From Geosiphon pyriformis uo1 (Eukaryota > Fungi > Glomeromycota): DNA of 35,993 nucleotides. Below, piece by piece: positions 1 to 11,826 of this stretch. The notes beneath the pieces were generated by a model that made no database searches, was not told the origin of the DNA, and saw only the letters and a list, made by a program, of their open reading frames with translations. Position 1 is the first letter of the stretch, and the number at the start of each line of letters is the position of its first letter. The stretch covers positions 32,372-68,364 of the forward strand of contig JAAOMT010000791.1 in assembly GCA_016748015.1 (NCBI GenBank), given 5' to 3'. The position numbers and the translations under genes were made by a program.

Positions 1-203
1 GATGAAAATTGATTAATAACAAAATATTAAAAATATTAAGTCGTTTCAAAAAATCTAAAATTTTATTGAAAAGACGAACTTTAATTCCTTTAAGATTTTA
101 TAAAATATAAAAATAATAAATTGGAATAACTATAAAATTTATAAAAAGATAACAAGCATTGTATTATCTATTATTATAGCTTATAGTTAACTGAGATGTG
201 GGC

Positions 204-1760
204 CTATTTACAACTGTCAAAGTTTATAGACCAATATAGACCTGAATGTGCCGCCATTGACAATTTTCCTGGAGGTACAGAATTTGAACATTGCTAAAAT
301 GAAAAATTTGATTAATAATGACATTTTTATTTGCCTTTTATCAAATTTCAAAGATATGGAAATTATAAACTTACCGAATTTTCATTAGCAGATCTTACAC
401 ATCTAAAACTCTTGAATTTACCAGATCCAAGTGGTTGAATCCAGTACTCTGCATCAAAATGTTGATATCCTCGATCTATTGGAGGATTATGTGGAATAAC
501 GTCATTGTTATTAACAACTCGTCGTACATTTAGGTTTTCTGTTACAAGCTGTGCAAAAGCTTTATCACCAATACGAGGCTGTCCAAATGTGAACATGTTA
601 AAAGGTTTTTGTCTAACTTCAGAGTGAAGTTTCAAAGATAAAGCTGTAAATATTGCATATACTAAATAAGAAGCAAATTACACAAAGAAATTAAAAAAAA
701 GTTATTTTAACTTCTATTATTCAATCAAAGAACATTAAAATAAAAATAGTTTCTCCCTCTTAGAGAAATATTTACATACCACCACCCGAATCAAATCCAG
801 TCATACTTAAAGCAAAGTTTATATTCTTCTTTATATCCTCTGTCATTTTTTCAATCAAATCTTTTTCATTGTTTCGAAAAATCTTAAAAAACCCTTGATG
901 AACTCTTGAATTTTGATCATAAGGGTAATTAGTTAGTCCGCTATCACTAATGATATTAGTCACTTGTGTGGTACCACGGAAATTGTAAAGTATTTCACGG
1001 TTTTCTTCATCGAATTCTGCTATTACTAAAGAACGAATACTTTAATTAATTAATGTAGTAGTAAAAAGATTTCAAAATTTGATATTTAATTCCAATTAGT
1101 ACCTCGTATTTCATTGGAAGAATATATGATTCGATCGGCTTCCAAAGGTGTATTACAATAAGCACGTTTTGCAGAGTTTCCATATAATTCGATTGTCTTA
1201 TCAACTCCATCCAAAATTTGTTCTTTACCTCCTTGATTTGAGTTACTAGCAAATAGTGTTCCATCATTTTCAATATTTGGACTTTGTAGAGGACTTGTAT
1301 TTTCGAATATATTATTTGAAGCTATTTGAAGTGGATCCGTTTGAACTGATAATTCGGATGTTTCAGCTGAGGATCCTGGTATATTATTTAACTCACTATT
1401 ATCTATAGATGGCAAAAATGCCAAGTTGCCTATCTCTTGTGAACTGGGAATTCCATTTAATGGGTTAGTATTTTGGCTATTATTATCTATTAAAGGATTA
1501 CTAGATAGGGAAAAAGGATCTGAGTTTAAATTAATATTCTCATTCGAAGGATCCAAGTTAAAATTAATATTATCGTTCAAAGGAAATGGTTCAAATAAAC
1601 CCTCCCTTTTAAAAATACTTGTGATAGATATAGGGTTTGCATAGGCAATTGAATCAAAGAAAAATACAATGAAAAACGATAAAAAGATTTTTTGCCTATT
1701 AAATTTTTGAAAGTAAATTTTAGTTTGATGCTTTCTTTGATAGATATTATGAAAAATCAT
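204..1760 (-). CDS. Class-3 lipase-fold protein, 4 exons (1760-1103, 1025-780, 661-375, 293-204), 426 aa, probable pseudoenzyme
   Basis: GT-AG introns of 77, 118 and 81 nt give one continuous frame. Motifs present: FRGT, VHQGF, TFGQPRIG, NNNDVIPHNPP, and terminal CSNS...AAHSGLYW...C. The elbow reads TGFDSGG instead of TGHSLGG. The N-terminus has a hydrophobic stretch followed by an N/S/P-rich linker. Confidence 0.9.
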
Positions 1761-4700
1761 TGTTAATAACTGATCAAAAAGTTTTATCTTAAAAGTGGTA
1801 GTTTGTATTCTTAGTTTTAAATTGAATGAAACAAGACCTCACCAAAAAATTATAGTTTTCAGCTGCTGCATAAAAATTCAAAACTTTGCCTGTTTTTATA
1901 TTAAATTTTTACGAAGGAAAAAACTTGAAAAGAAAGTATTTTTGTTTTATTTGTTAGAGTTAAAACAAACAATAATAATAATAAATATATGTTGATTCTA
2001 TAGCAGTACAAATCAATCAACTAGTGATTAATATGATATTATTGCGCATCAAAGTTATGCTTTGAATATGTGAAAAAAACTATTTATCAAAGCAAATATA
2101 AATTTTAATCTAAATTCTTAAGTTTAAATTTCAAAATATAATCCTATCAGTCCAGCTTTTTTCAATTCCGAAAGTTATAAAAATAATTCCTTAAATTTTT
2201 CAAATATTCAACAGATTCTAACAATTTCTTTCATTTATCTTTCACATATTATAGCTCGATTATTTACAAGGAATAAATTTAAAATCAAGGAAAATTTATT
2301 TTTCTTTTACAATAATCAAATCGGTCATTAAAAACTAGAAACACATCAAGGTGAATAATCCGGCGTGAGACCAAACAACTTAAATGTAAATTGTTTAGTT
2401 ATTTTTTATTCATCACACGGTCATAAATTGGCAAGAAAATCAATGCCTATTTAGCCAAAAATAGATTTCCGATTGGTCGTTCGCTGACTAAAAAGGTAAT
2501 TATTCAAACATGTGGATTTTGATATTTTTTCCTTAAAGCAAAGGCCTGTCAAAAATGCGTAAACGGGTGAGGAGAGATGAATAAGAAATAAGAAACATGA
2601 TGATAAATTTATTTTATTTCTTAAGTGTAATCTAAGCAACAAAGTTTAAGTTTACCACCTTCCGAAGGATTTATTTTTGAATCAAAATAATAATTTTATT
2701 CCGCAAATGATTCATTATAATAAGTTACAAATTGGCGGATCTGAAATTTCTCATCTTTGGATGCTAGAACTGCTAAAATTAAGAAAATAAAGCCATGGAT
2801 ATTGAAAAATAAGACATTTTTCCAAAATTAAACTATAAAGCTTCAAACAAGTTTTTATTTTGGCAAATTATTTCAGTATTATTAATGGTCGTAATGCAAA
2901 AATTTACCCTTTTATTTTATCAACCTTTGCATATTTGTAGGAATCTAATATCAGTTATTCCTGTTTTAGGCTGAGTAAAAATTGCAAATTTAAAGATTTA
3001 AATTTATTCAAGTTCAAAGAGTTTCCAATCTTTTCAAAACTAGAGTTTATAAAAAAAATGATTGGCAAATTCTGTAACCTTAAATTTGTCGGAGATCAAG
3101 AACCGGATTCTAAAAAAAAACGGCATTCATCTGCTACATAATTTATACTTTAATACTTTTATTGTAGAAAAAATACCTTTTAATATATAATATTATTTAA
3201 AAAATCTTTGTTACAGAGAAATTTAATTGGAAACTGTTTCTGAAACAACATAAGAAAATATCAAGAATTTAAATACAAAGAACGTTATTCCTTTGAAAAA
3301 TTTAATTAATTAGTTTAAAAGTTGCATCGACTAGAATTCCCTTTTTTTCATCAAATGATTGAGATTAACGGATGAAAGAGATTTTATTATGAATTTTTGA
3401 ATTTATTATATCTAAATTGTGGTTACAATACTATACTTCAAATATTAGGAAAATTGTTTTTTCCATACAATTTTAGTGTCAAGATTGCAAAAAAATTAAA
3501 TAGGGTGACGGAAAATATTTTTTAAAAATCTTATCGATTTTATTAGAGTTTAATCCGTTAATCAAATTTGNNNNNNNNNNNNNNNNNNNNAACATTAGGA
3601 TTTATTCCAAAAATTAATAAATTAAAAACTAAAATATCTATGAATATATGAGTTTAATTTACCAAATAAGCAATTTTACTTTTCATAAAAAACAATTTTT
3701 TTTGAACATTTTTACAATAAATTTTAAAAAAATAAAATAAATAATAACAATAAAATTTAATAAAATGTGCAAGTTCATTAAATAAAAAAATTCACTTTAA
3801 AAATATAAATATTTCATTATTATGTACTAATTATGCTAATACAAATATTTAACAATAAAAAATAATAATTTTTTTAATTAAAACAATAAGAATAATAATA
3901 CATCTATTAAAAATTAAAATAAAATAAATTTTTATTGTATTTTATTAATAAATTATTACAAATTATAAAAGCAAAACAAGCTATATTTAATACATATTTT
4001 TATTTAATAATAAACAGTATTATGTAGTTCAAAAAACTGATTGATATTATAAAAATTAAAACAACATCTTTTTTTCTAATATCGTTACACTTTTTAATAA
4101 TATTATTATTAATCAAAAAGTTATTATCAAATGTTCAAATTTTTTTAGAGAAATAATTTTTATTTTGGTGCTCAATACTTAATGGTGTTTTGAAATTTGG
4201 TAATATAAAACTTATAATTTAATTTTGTTGGTCTTAAGTTGGTTGTTAAAAATAATATTATGTAAAGTTTAAAATTTTTTAAATGTTGTTATTAAAATTA
4301 AGCTTGCAAATTTACTTTTTTATTATATTTAAAATTACCAAATTTGTGGTTATTGTTGAATTTTGTAATTTTTTTTGGGATATTTTTTAATAACATCAAA
4401 AAATGTTCTCAAAATATTTTATTAAAATTATTGNNNNNNNNNNNNNNNNNNNNNNNNNNNNNNNNNNNNNNNNNNNNNNNNNNNNNNNNNNNNNNNTTCA
4501 GCAATTGGAAATTTTTTTTTTTTTTTTTTTTTTTTCAAACCATTTGAAAGTTTTTTTTTCAGATATAATTCATTCATACTTTTCAAAATAGTTTTTATCA
4601 ATTTCAATCGACAAAATTTATTACTTGACATGTAACTACTTTTGTTATTATGAAGCTTTACTAAGATTTTTCCTATTAACCGGACACCACATTAGCAGTA

Positions 4701-6314
4701 AATTTTAAAATCAGTAATACATAATTTCTTAGCACATTAAAAAAGTTCACTATTAAAAAGATATTTGGATCTTTACAGATTCTATCAATATATAAAAAAT
4801 TAATTATTCTAATTCCGATTTCACGATGAATTTCATTAATTTATTTGGAAGAGGATAGAACCTAATAGAATTCTTGGATAAACAAAACATTTATTTAGTT
4901 CTTTCAAAGGATTATACTTTAATATAATCTTAAAGAGTCAAACTCGAACAAAGTAAGTCTTCTAAACCGGAAAATTCTGTTGGAATAGTAAAAAATTATA
5001 GTCAATTCTGTAAAAAAAATTTGAAAGGTTAGGACCGTGTTCTTCTTTACAAGTTTTTCCCATTATGATAGAGAAATATGGACCAGTAAAAAATTTAAAA
5101 AAAAAACTTATCAAGAAGCTAACCATTAAACCCATAGATTTGCTTTATTTGTACAATAAAAATTATCAATGCAGAAATTTCAAATTGAAATCACAAGTCA
5201 AGAAGTCACAAAATGGTAACATGTGTTTAAAAATATTTTATCAGAATGTCTTACGTATTATTATAATAAATTTTTCAATGGACATTCAGTCAAAATAAAA
5301 GGTTAAAGATGAACATAGAGAACAGCTCTCCAATATTATTGAGCATGCTCACAATAAATAAATAAAAATGTTATTTCCTTTAGTCGTAATAGCATTGGTG
5401 TCAAAAAAATAGAATAGGTGAAAACTTTTCCCAAAATTCTATTTCGAAGTTAAGAATGCCAATAGAAGAAAAAATAATTGATTATTAAAAATTTTAAAAA
5501 TAAAATGAGTCTTAAAACTACAAAAACATTGAAAATATATTTGATTATAATAATTATGCAAAAAATGTTAAGCTATTTCTGAAGTGAAATATATATTCTT
5601 TTAAAATAATTGATATTAAGTAATTTCATGTGTGCTTATAAGTTAGAATACATTCTGTTCATTAAGACAATAATGTAACATATTGAAAATTCCTAAGTAG
5701 CTGGTTAATCATGTCTTGGCCAGTAGTAAAGGATTACATCTTTTTTTAACATTTCTTAAATTAAAATCTAAAGTACGTTAAAATTATACAAAACTGTAAT
5801 GTGATTTATTAACAACTCTCAAATAATTAGCGGATTACGTATTGACAAATNNNNNNNNNNNNNNNNNNNNNNNNNNNNNNNNNNNNNNNNNNNNNNNNNN
5901 NNNNNNNNNNNNNNNNNNNNNNNNNNNNNNNNNNNNNNNNNNNNNNNNNNNNNNNNNNNNNNNNNNNNNNNNNNNNNNNNNNNNNNNNNNNNNNNNNNNN
6001 NNNNNNNNNNNNNNNNNNNNNNNNNNNNNNNNNNNNNNNNNNNNNNNNNNNNNNNNNNNNNNNNNNNNNNNNNNNNNNNNNNNNNNNNNNNNNNNNNNNN
6101 NNNNNNNNNNNNNNNNNNNNNNNNNNNNNNNNNNNNNNNNNNNNNNNNNNNNNNNNNNNNNNNNNNNNNNNNNNNNNNNNNNNNNNNNNNNNNNNNNNNN
6201 NNNNNNNNNNNNNNNNNNNNNNNNNNNNNNNNNNNNNNNNNNNNNNNNNNNNNNNNNNNNNNNNNNNNNNNNNNNNNNNNNNNNNNNNNNNNNNNNNNNN
6301 NNNNNNNNNNNNNN

Positions 6315-6678
6315 GTACACACTTTTGGGCAACCTCGTATTGGGAATACTCAATCTACATCATTTATTTGGATATTAATGAATGAAGGAAAAATGGACGT
6401 ATTGAGAGTTACACATAGCAACGATTATCTACCAAGAATTCCACAAAGCAGCTCGTTTCTACACCCTCCTTTTGAAATGTGGATTGAATCAGATTGCAAT
6501 TGTCGGGCTAACGATGGAAATGACAGGGTTTACAGTTGCTATGACCCTTTTAATGAATTCCTTGACGTTTATATCGAAAGTAATGTAAGCACAAGGATTC
6601 AGTATTTTGTAAACTTCATATGGAAATAAAGAGTTTTGAAATTTATTAATGAAAACTGTTGCAACAATTATTTTGGAA
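6315..6678 (+). other. Near-identical second copy of a lipase exon plus its following intron (copy of ~7501-7864), bounded by N gaps
   Basis: Matches 7501 onward with a few substitutions (WIL/WKL, YSCYDP/YGCYGP). Could be a tandem paralog, a second haplotype or an assembly artefact. Confidence 0.75.
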
Positions 6679-6698
6679 NNNNNNNNNNNNNNNNNNNN

Positions 6699-7963
6699 CA
6701 TAAAATTTCTTTTACATATATTTTGAATTATTTTGAGAATGAGGATTCAAAAGCATCATTTAAAGAAAATCAGTCATCAATCAACAAATTCAGAAATCAT
6801 ATTTGGTCTGAGAAAAGAAATCAAGATCTCATTAATCAAATGGGTAAAATATACCTAGGTCCAGATACACCAGGATATATGGATTTACAAATTTCAGCTC
6901 TCTATGCTAGCACCGCTTATTGCTTTAAGGAATCGAAAGATAAAGTTGCTAATGGAGTTTATGGTTAAAGATTTTTCCTATAAATTCAAATATATCACTT
7001 TTTCTTTGACAAAAAAGTGTTTAATTGGGGCAAGCATTAAAAAATATTATTTTCAGTAAAAGCTGAACTAATTTTCAATGGTCACAACCAACAAATCATC
7101 ATGATTTCTTTTAAGGCGGATTTTCCTAAAACTTTTGAAGACTGGAGCAACAAATTATTTAATTTCGATTCGAAGTTTGCTGACTCGAATGGTGTAAATT
7201 TTGATTCAGAGTTTTATAAAAGGTATAAGTCTCTTGAACGAAGATTAATATCAAAAATTGAGCCAATTTTAGAAGAAGCCAAAACACTTTCATCTGGTAT
7301 TGTAGATAGTATTCGATTTGTAGGTCATGGAATGGGTGAAGGTTTGTAAATTAGATTTATTTTAGATATCGATATGATGTTTAGAAAAAAATATTGAATC
7401 TTTCTCGATATTCTAAAAATTCAAAATATTTTTTTTAGTTTTCGCAATTTTAGCAGGGTACCATATGGCTTTGCAACCAAATAATCCATTTGAAGTTATT
7501 GTACACACTTTTGGGCAACCTCGTATTGGGAATACTCAATCTACATCATTTATTTGGAAATTAATGAATGAAGGAAAAATGGACGTATTGAGAGTTACAC
7601 ATAGCAACGATTATCTACCAAGAATTCCACAAAGCAGTTCGTTTCTACACCCTCCTTTTGAAATGTGGATTGAATCAGATTGCAATTGTCGGGCTAACGA
7701 TGGAAATGACAGGGTTTACGGTTGCTATGGCCCTTTTAATGAATTCCTTGACGTTTATATCGAAAGTAATGTAAGCACAAGGATTCAGTATTTTGTAAAC
7801 TTCATATGGAAATAAAGAGTTTTGAAATTTATTAATGAAAACTGTTGCAATAATTATTTAGGAATGCCTTAATGGGCAACCTACCCAATCTAAAATTGCA
7901 AATTTAGGACCATACTTTCAACATATTATGGGAAAATGTCCACATCCTGATTTTGAAGAATAA
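6699..7963 (+). CDS. Class-3 lipase-fold protein, 5' end lost in gap; exons <6699-6963, 7057-7341, 7439-7770, 7862-7963; probable pseudoenzyme
   Basis: Same three intron positions and phases as the gene at 204-1760. Motifs: ASTAYC, TFGQPRIG, HSNDYLPRIP, HPPFEMWI. The elbow reads VGHGMGE. The last exon is ECLNGQPTQSKIANLGPYFQHIMGKCP. Confidence 0.85.
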
Positions 7964-8948
7964 GTTTATAAAAGTAAAAATTTTCTCACTAATTTAAAAA
8001 GAATATTTACATTGATTTTCAAAATGAATTTTTTTTTTTTTAGGACTTTATCACAAGTTTTTCAGGCTATGGGATTCATAAACATGAGCAAATTCGTCAT
8101 AATTTTCTACAGTTGCTCACAACAAGAAACTGAAGACGAAAAAAAAGGGGAATTTCATATCACGTTATAGAAGAATTGTAGGTGGTCAACAGTAAATAAA
8201 ATACATTTATTAAAATATTAATGTAATCTTAATTTTGGCTATTATTTAAATAAAAAATAATGCGTTCAGTCAGCAAAGGAAAGGACGTGAACATAAATAT
8301 AAACGCTTTAAGACTTTTTTAAATATAAATAAATAAAATATTTTCATTATATTCAATATTTTTAAGCCTTTTTTTTATTTCAATGCCTCAGAATTTCTCA
8401 AGAAATAAAATTCTGAATATATAGACTGTTAGAAGAAGGATAAACGGTCTGCAAAATCATTGCATTAGACCAGGTACACTTGGTTTCTGTTTTAAAAATT
8501 TACAAAAATAAAAAGAGAAATCAGGAGTTTCAATGAAAAACCAAAACCTAGTCATTTATGCACCCTTTTGTTTTGTTTTTCAAAAAAATTCTATTCTAGT
8601 GAAATTTTTTCAACACCAATTCTAAACTTAATTAGAAGTCAATATTTTTTGGTTCACTTTTAATCAATTTTAAAACATATATATTAATAAAGCAAATTTT
8701 AATTGTAAATCAAAAATAAATAACTTTTATAAAACTGTTTTTATATATATAATCTTATTAATAAAGAAATAATTTGAATATTGTATCTTAAATTATCTAA
8801 AAATTTGTTTTTATCAAAAATAAAAAGTAATAATAGCAAAATAATTCATATTATAAATTATAAAAAGATTCTGTTAATAATTCAAATCAAAATTTTAAAT
8901 AAAAATAATCAACTGAATTCATCTTTACAAAAAAATAATATAAAAAAA

Positions 8949-9165
8949 CTAAAGAGTCATCCATAGAAAGTTCTCAGGTGGACATTGCATCATCATCCCA
9001 ATGTAAGATCCATTATACGCAGCATAATTACTGGTTATGTATTGGTTGTTACATTCCTATAAAAAATGAAGATAAAGATGAAGATGATAAAATAAATAAT
9101 CTTTTAAATCTAAGGAGAAATTTTTAGAAATATTTACCGAACTTTCCTTAACAAAATTTTCTGGT
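8949..9165 (-). pseudogene. 3' remnant of a third lipase-fold paralog (end of penultimate exon, 81-nt intron, last exon)
   Basis: PENFVKESS, then intron GTAAAT...TTTATAG (9137-9057), then ECNNQYITSNYAAYNGSYIGMMMQCPPENFLWMTL*. This aligns with the last exons of the neighbouring lipases at the same phase-0 intron. Confidence 0.75.
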
Positions 9166-10444
9166 TGGTGTTGGAATTTCTTCATTTTCTTTCCCTTTTT
9201 TTTTGTTGTTATCTTTTTCCTACTCTTAGGTTGTTGGTAGTTTATTTTGATCATTGTTGGTTCTCCAGGCTTGATCTGGATTCCAGATAAGTTTTTCTGT
9301 TTGTTTTTCTTTTCCCTTATTGTTCCAGGATAGTATTAGTGGTAATTTGTTATGGTTGTCTTCGTTAGTCCAGGAAACTGATAGGCTTTCTAGGTAGGTT
9401 TCTCCTTTTTTTCTTCCAATTCGATAAGTGGAGCTGATAGCATGCTAATGGGTTTGAAGTGGCCATATGTGGCTGGTACTCACATGTGTTGGCCATTTTG
9501 GCTGATTTGCAACTCTTGGGTAGTTCAGTCAAGCATTGTATTTGTTTTGGACAACCAGTCATTACCAACTAGAGCTTGGTATTGAGTAGCTTCTATGACC
9601 AGTACTTTGATTGGTATAATTAGGTCATTGACTTCAAATAGGAAATTATCTATCTCGCTGATGAGAGTTTTTGTAGCTTCATCAGCTGTGATAATTTTGG
9701 TTCTGACAGCGCAATCAACTCGGTGACCTAATTGGTCCATGAGTTGTTATGTGATTATGCTGCCTGTGGACCTGCTGTCAAGTATTAGCTTGATAGGTTG
9801 ACCATCAATTTTAGCATTGGTATACATGACCGTGATCAGTTTGGTGTTCAGAACGGCTCCACTAAATAATGGAATGAGTATAATTTCATCGAGATCAAAA
9901 GGAAATATGGCAGCTAGTGATTTGTCTTCAGTACTGACAGCTGGCAGTATATTACTGACAAGTGATTTGTTTTGGTTGTGTTCCGGATTGTTGGGTACTG
10001 CATTTTCTGGAGTAACCAGAAAACTTAAGTAGTGTTGGAAATTCTGGTTTTGTGTGTGCCCAGTTTTGGAATTCCAAAAATGTGATTCTGTTGATGAGTG
10101 GGAGAAACTTGGAATTGGTTGATAGATAACCATCACTGATCTCCAGTTTTGACTGACTCTTGATCTGGGATTTCCTGATGTCATTTGAGCTGGGTTTGAT
10201 GGCAGTGTTTGAACTGTGTGTGTCTGATAAATTATTTGTGGCTGTGGTGGTTGATATTTTACTGGTGGTTGTAATTGATAAACTGGAGATTGATATACAG
10301 GTGGTTAATATATTGGTTGTTACATTATTGGCAGATAAGTCAGTTAATATGGTGCTGAATTGGATTGGTAATTTGGAGTTGGAAACCAGTGATCAGAGTT
10401 TTGATATTGATTTTCTGATCATTGGTTATCTATCCTTAACCTAC
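9166..10444 (-). pseudogene. Element C gag C-terminus and aspartic protease, degenerate
   Basis: AIFPFDL...VMYTNAKIDGQPIKLILDSRSTGSIIT...QALVGNDWLSK with in-frame stops. Homologous to the element B protease region near 19080-19500. Confidence 0.8.
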
Positions 10445-11159
10445 TGTTATAAGTTGGAGTAACAAGCTAACGGATAACAAGGGAGAACAGGATTGTAGGG
10501 TGATGGAAATAATCAAAAGAAAATTCAACTTTAAAGAGTGAATTGAATAAGTATGGATTCAATGTGTGAGATCAGTCTCATAAAATATTTCAGTCGCTAT
10601 TCTTTTCAAAGGTTACTGGGGAATCTGAAGGTAGAGAGATAGTCCATACTGTCAACAATTGATCACTACTGATATAATTCTATGCCTCACGTTGGCACTC
10701 TTAGAATTCAATATCAGGTATCAACTTGTGCTTTTCAGTCATATTTATTCAAATAATCTTCAAATGCTACAATTATATATGTCAGGAAAAGACCAACAAG
10801 TAATCTTTTATCCTAAGATGTTCGGATACTTAAAGGTAGGGAAAAGGAAATTAGCAATAAGAGAGTGATTGAGATGAAAGTTGTTATTTTTATTTATTTG
10901 ATTCTTGTCTGAGAGATGATTTTCTACAGCTAAGAGACTCATCACTTATATAGCTATTAAAAGTAGTCAATGACCAGGTCAACGACCAGATCAATGACTA
11001 GGTCAATGATCAGATCAATGATCAAGTCAATGATCAGGTTAATGGTTAGATTATTGATCAGATCAATGATCACTATCTAAAAATAGAGTGGTTAATTATA
11101 TGACATCAGTGACTAATACATGTGATAACTAATAAAAATTATGGGTTTCAACTGTAATA
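10445..11159 (-). repeat. Element A 3' LTR (715 bp)
   Basis: Direct repeat of 27452-28142 with eroded termini TGTTAT...GTAATA. It is 24 bp longer because of two extra 12-bp units. A purine tract (GGAGAGAATG on the minus strand) lies adjacent at 11161-11170. Confidence 0.93.
10965..11071. repeat. Tandem array of ~9 x 12-bp units (GGTCAATGAYCA) in the A 3' LTR
   Basis: Read directly. The core GGTCA-A-TGACC is an inverted repeat. Confidence 0.9.
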
Positions 11160-11785
11160 TCATTCTCTCCAAAGAAATTGAGCTCCAGCAAAATCAAGCT
11201 ATTTATAGGGTATTCTAATTGAAGAGTTTTGTCTAACTTAAAACTAACTAGTTTGTTGAAGTCTTTTGTGGATAGAGTATATAGTACTTGAGGTGAAATA
11301 AGCTTTGTATCCAAGAGACCAAATCTTTGTATAAGAGTTCTGGCTCTTTTAGCAATGGTCAAAACTCTTGGGACATCTAATCGTATGATGCCCAAAATTT
11401 CCACTTGTATTTTTGAAGTTGTTTTCTTCATGAGCTTTATGTCTTCTATGATTTCACCAAGATGACCATAGAGTTCTAATTGTTTTTCATATGACAAGTT
11501 TTTGTCTATGGGCAAAATTTCTTGTATCGTTTTTCCAATTGTGCTGGAAGGTGAAAGTATCGCTGCTGTTATGCTTTCCAGCAGGTATTTATCTATTTTG
11601 CCACCAATTCTTTCTCTTCTAGTAGTTGTTTTCTTTGGTCTGATAACAGTGTGAGTTCCACTGTTGTCTGTTATGGTGGTTTGTTTTCCGATAGTCAGAG
11701 TAGCATTTGGATAGTTCTTGATCTAGTACTCATGGAGAGTATAGAAAGCGTTTTGAATGTTTTGATTCAGGAAATAATTGTTCAT
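11129..11785 (-). pseudogene. Element A ORF3 (218 codons, one internal TAG), unknown function, non-env
   Basis: ATG at 11785 is in frame with ORF 11129-11515 (MNNYFLNQNIQNAFYTLHEY*IKNYPNATLTIG...). The frame runs through the PPT into the LTR and aligns by eye with B ORF3. Confidence 0.7.
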
Positions 11786-11826
11786 ATCGATTGAAGATAC
11801 CTCTGTTTTGAGAATAGTGCATTTAT

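Noticed and set aside
1795-5800. Short ORFs and very AT-rich blocks between the lipase genes
   Set aside because: I found no recognisable motifs or consistent exon structure. 3590-4430 may be an eroded repeat, but I could not assign it.
5819-6378. Long ORFs in the track (also 4344-4631 and 6489-6701)
   Set aside because: They are artefacts of N runs.
9043-9169. TGGT-TGTTACA looked like another LTR start with a TGGT TSD
   Set aside because: There is no matching GTAACA end. The sequence is explained by the lipase intron and last exon on the minus strand.
10659-10868. 69-aa ORF repeated at 27666-27875
   Set aside because: It lies within the two A LTRs, antisense to the element, with a TTG start and no motifs. 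The repetition only reflects LTR duplication.
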